Assembly: GCA_965153455.1 (NCBI GenBank)
Contig: OZ234494.1
Location: 12,152,001 to 12,216,000, forward strand
Direction: 5' to 3'
DNA length: 64,000 bases
DNA from: Sphagnum compactum
Lineage: Eukaryota
In this document: positions 56,201 through 64,000 of the stretch, in pieces
Position numbering within the stretch: position 1 is the stretch's first letter
Layout: the number at the start of each line of letters is the position of its first letter
The notes under the pieces: model-generated
What the model saw: the letters and a program-made list of their open reading frames with translations, nothing else
Told to the model about the DNA's origin: nothing
Databases searched by the model: none
Position numbers and translations under genes: made by a program

Positions 56201-59200
56201 ATTATGAATCTTCCTCAACAACCCCAGTTTTTTATGAAGCCAATTGGTCATACTTTGTCATGTCAATCTAGTCATTGTCAATGTTAATCTTTCAGAAATC
56301 CAGGTTTGTGAGATTGTGCCCTGTTCTTCAAGTCTGAGTACAAGAAACTTCTGGGAAGTACATGATTGTGTGTGGTGAACTTTGGGCTTTGATTGCTTAC
56401 ATGTTACAACATGGAGGCTCTTCTCCCATTTTGTGGTTTGACAAGATTTATGGTTATTGGTTGGCAGTTTCCTAGGAGAAGGTTGGAAAAGAAGATTGGA
56501 AAGACAGGATTTGTGGAACAGCGCTCTTTCTGGAATATATTTCGCAGCTTCGATCGTCTGTGGATAGGCTACCTTCTGGTGTTGCAGGTGCACATTCGTA
56601 CACTGGCTTGGACTGGGGAAAGTTTGTTGAAGCAAGGTAACTGGGATGACTCTTACTGGTGAGCAAGAAAGTGTTTTGTCAAGATGATACTTTCTTGTTA
56701 GCTGGCATATGGGAATCAACACAATGTGCTCTGGAATTTGAGGCATGGATAATTTTCTCTCCAGGTTTGTTAGAAGTCATGAGGAGATGTACCTGTGCTT
56801 TGCATTGCGTCTGAATTAACTAGAGTAGGATCATTTTGTGGCTTGCTCTAAAATGATTGAAATGGGTTGTACATCTTAAACAATGATGACAGTTGATTTA
56901 ACCATGGATTTTGCCACCTTGTCACAAATGGTGTTATATTAAATCCAGTAGCACCAGACTTCCTGTGAGAAGATGTGTATTGCCATGATTTGGGTGCCTT
57001 GCAAAGATGTACAGTGGAATACATTGTCAAGGATCACATTTGACCTTGATGTAAGATGGTTCAGCAGATGTAGAATCTCTCTGGTTCAGTAGAGATGGTT
57101 GAACTTGCAGCTCACAAAAAACACAATTAGAAAGTTTAATGCTTCTGGCAGTGTTTGGCTTTTGACAGGCATGTGTAGTAACATTGTGGCATGGCGGAGG
57201 GCCTCCTTGGATAGAGTTGCAGAAGAGAGATTCCTTGGCACGGTTTCTCTCAATTTTCATCAGCTGGGCGATTCTCCGGCTTTTGCAAGGTAATGATGCA
57301 TCTTCTTGACCCTGTCAAGTAACATTTCTACAGTTTCTATGTCTTTTCATATCATGTCTCTGCTGTCTCAGGTATTTATCTGCAATTGAGCTCCAGACAT
57401 GGTTTCCGGAACTAATCATATTGTGAAGGTTTGAGACACATTCTGTTCTTCCCTTCTCACTCCACAACAAGAACCTGAGAAGGTTGGCACAATCAGGATT
57501 GGACTCAATAAAATTCTAATGCCACTATACATTGTTTGCTGGTTGACAGCTGTGCTCGACATTGGGAGTCAATATAGCCTTGTTACAAGAGAGACACTTT
57601 TGATTGGAGTGAGGATGTTCCTTAAAGTTCTGGTGGCCACAGCCTGGGTTATTCTCTTCATTATCTATTACCGGTTTGTGCAACTGACTGATTTCTGGTT
57701 TAGGGTGCTTGATTTTCTTTCTTGTGTATGTTTTGGTTCAGCCCCCCTGGACTCCACATTATGACAGACATGCATGGGGAGAAGGAAGCATACCTTGTGC
57801 TTGGTTATCAGTAGCACTGAACTTATTGAACTTGCACTCATAGTAACGAGGGGAGCATGATCTGTGAAGGATTCCTATGGATATAGGTTAGGATTACAGT
57901 GTGCTGTGATTGTTTTATGCGCAGTATAATGTGGAAACAGCGGCATCTGGATCATTATTGGTCAACCCCAGCAAATGACCGCTTGATCACATTTCTATAT
58001 GTTGCTGTGGCCTTTTGTGTTCCTGAAGTCTTGGCTTTAGTTCTCTTTGTTGTGCCCTGGTTGCGGAACTTCATTGAGAACTCAAGCTGGAGAATTTTCC
58101 ATGTGTTGACATGGTGGTTCCAGGTATATTCCAGTTGTTTTGAGTAAACTACATTGGTTTGGAGCACCTACATATTTTGACCTTCCAATCCGCAGACATT
58201 AATTGCTAGTTTGACCTGGAAGCAAAGAAGTTATCAGTAATGAGTGGTGTTTGTGCTGGGTCTTTAGTGTGAATCATCTCAGCCCTTCACTTAACCTTCA
58301 GTTGCAGAATGATATCTGACCATGTTTTCACCACAGACTCGTGCATATGTTGGGCGAGGTCTACGTGAGGGTGTTGCAGATAACATCAAGTAAGACATTG
58401 AGTATTATTCTAGTGCATTTATCTTGAACTAGACTTGTCTTCACTTGTGCTATTTACCAAGGTGCATTTTTTGAGGGAGAAATTGATGCCTCTTTAGGTG
58501 AGGCATTTCACTGCTATCTTAACAGTGGGAATTGATGAGCAATCTCCCGGGCTAGGGTTTCTGTGCTTTTCTGTCTCTGTTGACAACACCATCAACTTTG
58601 GCAAAATAGACTACATTCATTTCACAGAGAAGTGATTAAGATCTGGGAAAACGTGTCGCATTCAACTCATTGAGAACCTGAGATAAACAGAACAATGATG
58701 TCTGTTGTCAGTCACCCTTTATACAGAACCCCCATGAAGCAAGCACTTAACTTATTCTTGGTAATGATGCTGTTTGCAGGTATACTTTGTTCTGGTTGTG
58801 TATACTTGCATCTAAGTTTGCTTTCAGCTACTTTCTACAGGTATCCCAAAACTCTCTATTAAATCTTGGCACTTGGATTTTCCACATCTCATGCTGAACA
58901 GGTTTGTTAATGAGTATTAATGAGATCATCAGTTGAGAGATATGATTTCTAAACTTATGCATTGTAACTATGTACAGATCAGGCCTTTGATAGCGCCAAC
59001 CAAGCAGATTCTTCGAACTACAAATGTGACATACAAATGGCATGAATTTATCCCTGATGGTACACAGCTATCTTTCACTCACAGGATGTCTTTCAGTTTT
59101 GTACTATTTGATCTCACATAGACTAACTTCAGGAGCTAATTCATTGGATTAGGTGGTCTGTGTAGCCTTGATAACAGGAAGATTCATGTTTGTTTTGTAA

Positions 59201-62200
59201 TTAATGGCATCCTGTAGGATCTGAGCTTGCATAGTCTGTTACCCATTGTTTCTTGTTTGTGCAGGCAACCGGGCAGCTTTAATAGCATTGTGGGCTCCTG
59301 TGGTTCTGGTATGTTGTTGGTTCAGGTTTTTTGTTTGGGAGGTTCTTAATGGTGCTAAAGCTGTTCTGATAACTCCTCTGAAGGAGTTCCAGAAATTTAT
59401 CATTGGATGTGATGCAGATTGGACATAGAAAAGTGTGAGGCTGTTAGGCTGGCACCAACCACTTTTCTCCACTCTGATCTGTCCCTTTTGTGCAGATTTA
59501 TTTGATGGATACACAGATTTGGTACTCAATCTGGTCTTCTTTGGTTGGAGCATTCGTTGGACTTCTGCAGCATCTTGGAGAGGTTTTTCTCTTTCTCTGA
59601 ATTAATTTTCTGCCTCTCAGGTCACTAGGATGTTCAACTTTTAGTTATGGTGGGTCCATGTTTGATTGATTCTCCAGAACAACTTGCCTTCAATTTGTGA
59701 GGGTCCCAGAGACAATACATTAATCTTGTTTAAGCGAAGAAATATTATGATTCAACTGAAAACCTTGGGTTACTAAGATGGGTTCGTCCAATGAGCTGGC
59801 CAGATTCGGAATGTTGAGCAGCTGAAGTTACGGTTTCAGATATTTCCAAGTGCATTTCAATTTGTGCTTATGCCACGGGAGGACGCTGTCGTTCGTGACA
59901 CGTATGTCTTGTCTTCCCCTTATGCTCATTTTTTAGATATGTCTGGGTTGTCAGTTGACAGGGCTCAGACTTCCCATATGTGTTTCAGAAATGGAAGTTT
60001 CTGATCTCCTATGGTGCAGGAGAGGAACTCTTGACTGGTGGGGTTCTAGCTTATTACGAGGGAAGAATGTTGCCATAAGAATAGGAGATAGTCATTATTG
60101 ATATATGGATCAGCAATTGCTCTGTTTTATTTCTGAATACCAGGAACTGGCAAAACCATGTGAAAGACTAAGAAGCTAAAAGAAAATATTCAAGTACCAA
60201 CATTCAGCTGAACCACAGGAAACTAGATAATGCATTAGCTTGTAGGTCTTTGCAAATAAGTGGTCTACATTTTAGACCATCCACTTCAGTCTGTTTTTGT
60301 AAATGATCAGCTTATGCAGGACTTCTTGTTAACATGTCCTTTCATGGATCAGTTGGTGGGCAGGGGCGAAGGATGTAATGAAGCGACTGAGCCTTCGTTA
60401 TGGATGGTTATCTCCATATGAGAAGGTAGCACTGAAGGAAAGGGACCTCTCTTATCCTTCTCTTAGCTGAATTTATAGCTGCTTAGGGAGGAATTGGTCC
60501 TGCTTCTTGTAACTGTTATGACTAATGCAGGTGGAATGGGGGCAAATTGAGGGTGGACGATTTGCACATGTCTGGAACCAAATTATCCAGATCTTCCGCG
60601 AGGAGGATCTCATCAGTGACAGGTAGATTTGGCTTCTAAGGATGCATCCTGCAGAGCAGGCTCCATTGTCTGAGGTGTTTTGATGAATTCCTATTGTAGA
60701 GCTCTGATAATGACTAGACTGGGCATGCTGCTCACACATGTAAATTAGGCTGATTGTAGCAGTTTGTTGCATACTTTGACATTGGGAACTCTCTTCATCT
60801 ATTTTTCTTCATATTTCTATGGCACAGTTCAATCATCATTCAACCTCATCAGTGTCATTGGTGGTTTATGAGTACAGAGAGCTAGAGCTTCTGGAGATCC
60901 CTTCTGAACCATGGCAGAGACTAACTGTATTCCAATGGCCTTCAACATTGTTAGCCAATCAGGTTACTGCTCTCTCTCTCTCTCTTATGGAAGTACCTTT
61001 ACAAATAGATTTTGGTGATTTGACTTTTGGAAGACCTCCAGGCTCTGGTGCAGGCAGTCTTCAATGGATGTTTCATGATGATTTTGCGGGTGCAGGTTTT
61101 GCTTGCCTTGGAGGAAGTCAAGTATAGTCGTGGTGATGATGCTGCTGTCTGGAAAATCATCTGCAAGACTGAGTACCGGCGGTGCGCAGTCAAAGAGTGC
61201 TATGAAACTATGAAGCATGTTATGAGAAGAATAATCAAGAATGACTCTCTTGAAATGGGCATCTTCTTATCCATTTTTAAGGAAATCGACGCATCTATGA
61301 TCCAAGGGCGGTTCACAAGCACTTTCACATTGCGTGCATTGCCTGCAGTGCATGCATGTATTTTGGACTTGATTGATGTGTTGTTAAAACAGCCTACCCC
61401 AAAAGATTTGCAGAAGGTGATAATTCTAGTCTATGGTGAATGTGGTTTCTTTGTCTGAATTGCTTCTGTGAACATACCACTGACTTGAGTGTCTCATCAA
61501 ATACTGCTGTCTGCTGTCTAGGTGGTGGATGCCTTGCAGAACTTGTATGAAGAACTTGTGCAAGACTTTCCATATGATTCTAGTGTGCTGGAGAACTTGA
61601 GGGAACACTCCTCAACTTCACGAAGTGATGCTGAGGTGCTTCTCTTCATGGAGGCAGTGGACCTACCTGCAAGTGATGAAGAAGCCTTCTTCAAGCAACT
61701 TAGGCGTTTGCACACTTCCCTCAGCACCACAGATGCGCTACTTAATGTTCCAAAAGGTCTGGAGGCCAGGCGTCGTATTTCCTTCTTTTGTAATTCCCTC
61801 TTCATGACTATGCCACGTGCTCCACAGGTTTTGTTCCAGACCCTGGTTGTGAGATTATGCAAAGTCCTATGCCCTTCACATTTAGATAGGTCTTCAGCAG
61901 GCTTGTGACGGCCTTGGTATCTTGCATGAAGTTTGCTGGTGACTGGGATGGATGATGGAGTGTGCAAACTGTTAGAACATGGGTGCTCATTGTTGATGTT
62001 TTAATCTGTCTAATGTCAGCTCTGTGAGATTATCCAGTCTTCTGTTGAATGTTCTGAATATTTTGAGTTTCCTCATTATCTCCATATACTGTGGGTTGGC
62101 TTTCAGGTTGAGAAGATGTTGGCCTTCAGTGTCCTGACCCCTTACTACAGTGAGGAAGTTATATTCAGCAAACAGCAGTTGAAAGAAGAAAATGAGGATG

Positions 62201-63250
62201 GTGTATATATTGTGTTTTATCTCCAGAAAATCTTCCCAGGTATCTTTGAACAGGAAATTGCATATATAATTGTATACCAGCTTTCTGCATGTAGTGGTGG
62301 TATCTTCCTCACATTATGCATGCATACCTTACTTGCAGATGACTGGGATAATTTTCTGGAGCGGATGAATAAAATAGGCCTGAAGGAGAGTGACTTATGG
62401 GATGATGATGCCTTTGAACTTCGAATGTGGGCTTCTTACCGTGGACAGACTCTTGCACGTACTGTGAGGGGAATGATGTACTATGAAAGGTCTGTTTCCA
62501 TCCAAGAACTGGTGAAAGGATTTGATGTGTGTATGCAGTAGATGACCTCCATGGACTCCACATTTCTTCTTGTCGTACAGAAATATGAGTGCTTCTAGGA
62601 GAAGTTATTGCCTGGTATTAATTCTACTAATTTCTTTAAGTGGTCATCTTGAATCAATGGATGTTGTAGTTTCCTAAAATATCTTTGTTTTCTCAAGTAT
62701 GCTACAAGGACATTCTCTTTGCAGGGCACTCGAGTTACAGGCTTTCTTGGACACAGCTGCAGAAGTGGAGCTGCTGGGGATTAGGGATTTGTTGGAACGG
62801 GGCTCTAGTATGAATAGTATAGGCTCCATGGGCTCCATGGGCTCCATAGGCTCTATTGGCTCTGACAATGAAGCTACTGAGCTAAACAGAACCAAAAAAA
62901 AAGAAATGGATCTTGCAAATGCTGCTATGAAATTTACATATGTGGTGACTTGCCAAATCTATGGAGCCCAGAAGATTCAAAAAGATAACCGTGCAGATGA
63001 TATTTTGCACCTGATGAAGACATACAAAGCATTGCGAATTGCTTATGTTGATGAAGTGGGGACAGGAAGGGAGCCCAAGAGGTTTTATTCTGTTCTGGTA
63101 AAGTATGACCCAGTGAAACAACGGGAGGTGGAAATATACCGGATTCAACTACCTGGGCCTGTGAAGCTTGGAGAAGGAAAGCCTGAGAACCAGAACCATG
63201 CTATCATTTTCACTAGAGGTGATGCTGTACAGACCATAGACATGAACCAG
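53270..63250 (+). CDS. CALS12: Callose synthase (1,3-beta-glucan synthase, GT48), CalS11/CalS12-type; 3'-partial, 26 exons, ~1154 aa in window
   Basis: Exons are 53270-53347, 53493-53609, 53717-53809, 54218-54309, 54979-55111, 55369-55485, 55655-55731, 56105-56183, 56468-56587, 57169-57289, 57550-57673, 57925-58123, 58337-58389, 58780-58840, 58978-59059, 59265-59308, 59496-59582, 59804-59901, 60353-60425, 60531-60622, 60878-60962, 61096-61416, 61522-61827, 62107-62239, 62339-62489 and 62725-63250. An intron then runs past the window end. Motifs are FGFQRDNVRNQREHL, WGEAANLRFMPEC, WRNYDDLNEYFW, EARRRISFFCNSL, SVLTPYYSE, WASYRGQTLARTVRGMMYY and GEGKPENQNHAIIFTRGDAVQTIDMNQ. The family is certain; the clade symbol is inferred. 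Confidence 0.95.
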
Positions 63251-64000
63251 GTAATGTATTGGAGATATGGTTGTCAGGTATGTCAGAGATGTTCTATTCA
63301 CTTTAGTTACTTGCTTGTACAGGGCAAGCTAAACTAAAATGAAGCTTGCCATCACAAGCTTGTTGCAGCTTTGTTGGCTTTTTTGTTGGTCATGTCTCTG
63401 GGTACTAGCCAACATCATTACCAAGTCTTCCTGTTGCTTATGGAAATACAGAAAATTCAGGACACAGATTTCTATAATGACCATTTGCCTGAAAGATAGG
63501 GCAGATTGTCATATGGTTACTTACACCCATTGTTGGGAGCTGATGAAGTCACTGGGTGGTCATGGCAGCTAGTTAATGCCATTTGTGGTGATTGTGATTG
63601 GTTGATACTTTGTGTGTGGCACTCATTATGTTTATGACTGCACTCATTCTGGTCATGTTAGTTTTGGTTTCCTGGAATTGACACAATGGTTACCTTCAAA
63701 GTGTTGTTGTGGAGTTTTCTCTGCAATATCATAGTTGTATTCACTTCAGCAGAGTCAAAAGCTATGAGCTCTTGAAGATGAGTCATTTCTTTGTAGATAC
63801 CATTCCAATGAGTCTCATTCTATTTTGTTTGCTTTGAGATCTTAAGGATGTAGTTTGATAATCAAACTCTTGCTTGTTTCAAGTTGTACCTTAGTGCCTA
63901 ATATATTCCTGCAGACTTATTAGTCCACTTGTGACATTCATTTGTTGGTGATATATGTTGCTCTATACTTGCAATCTAGCTCAATTTCTTGATCAGATTC

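Overview
Eukaryotic land-plant nuclear DNA. Protein similarity, intron style and the repeat landscape suggest a bryophyte, possibly Sphagnum (inferred, not verified). Five intron-containing genes can be spliced by hand into intact frames. These are a plastid ATP/ADP translocator (+, 6 exons, ~731 aa), a CLPTM1-family membrane protein (+, 12 exons, ~642 aa), an EH-domain ATPase of EHD1 type (-, 16 exons, ~548 aa), a monodehydroascorbate reductase (+, 10 exons, ~435 aa) and the 5' part of a callose synthase (+, 26 exons, ~1154 aa so far, running off the window). The gene-free blocks (1-10.6 kb, 16-29 kb, 49-53 kb) hold decayed transposons: a non-autonomous CACTA element with TIRs and TSD that carries a long hairpin, a CRE-like restriction-endonuclease retrotransposon remnant, a small Helitron, a Copia element broken into three pieces with a PIF1 helicase fragment inside, a MITE pair and minisatellites. 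I found no multi-gene novel system. The best leads are a Lys in place of the NADH-selecting Glu in MDAR, an intron-rich CalS11/12-type gene, the CRE-like remnant, the hairpin and a probable GC-AG intron. Exon coordinates were counted manually and may be off by a base or two.
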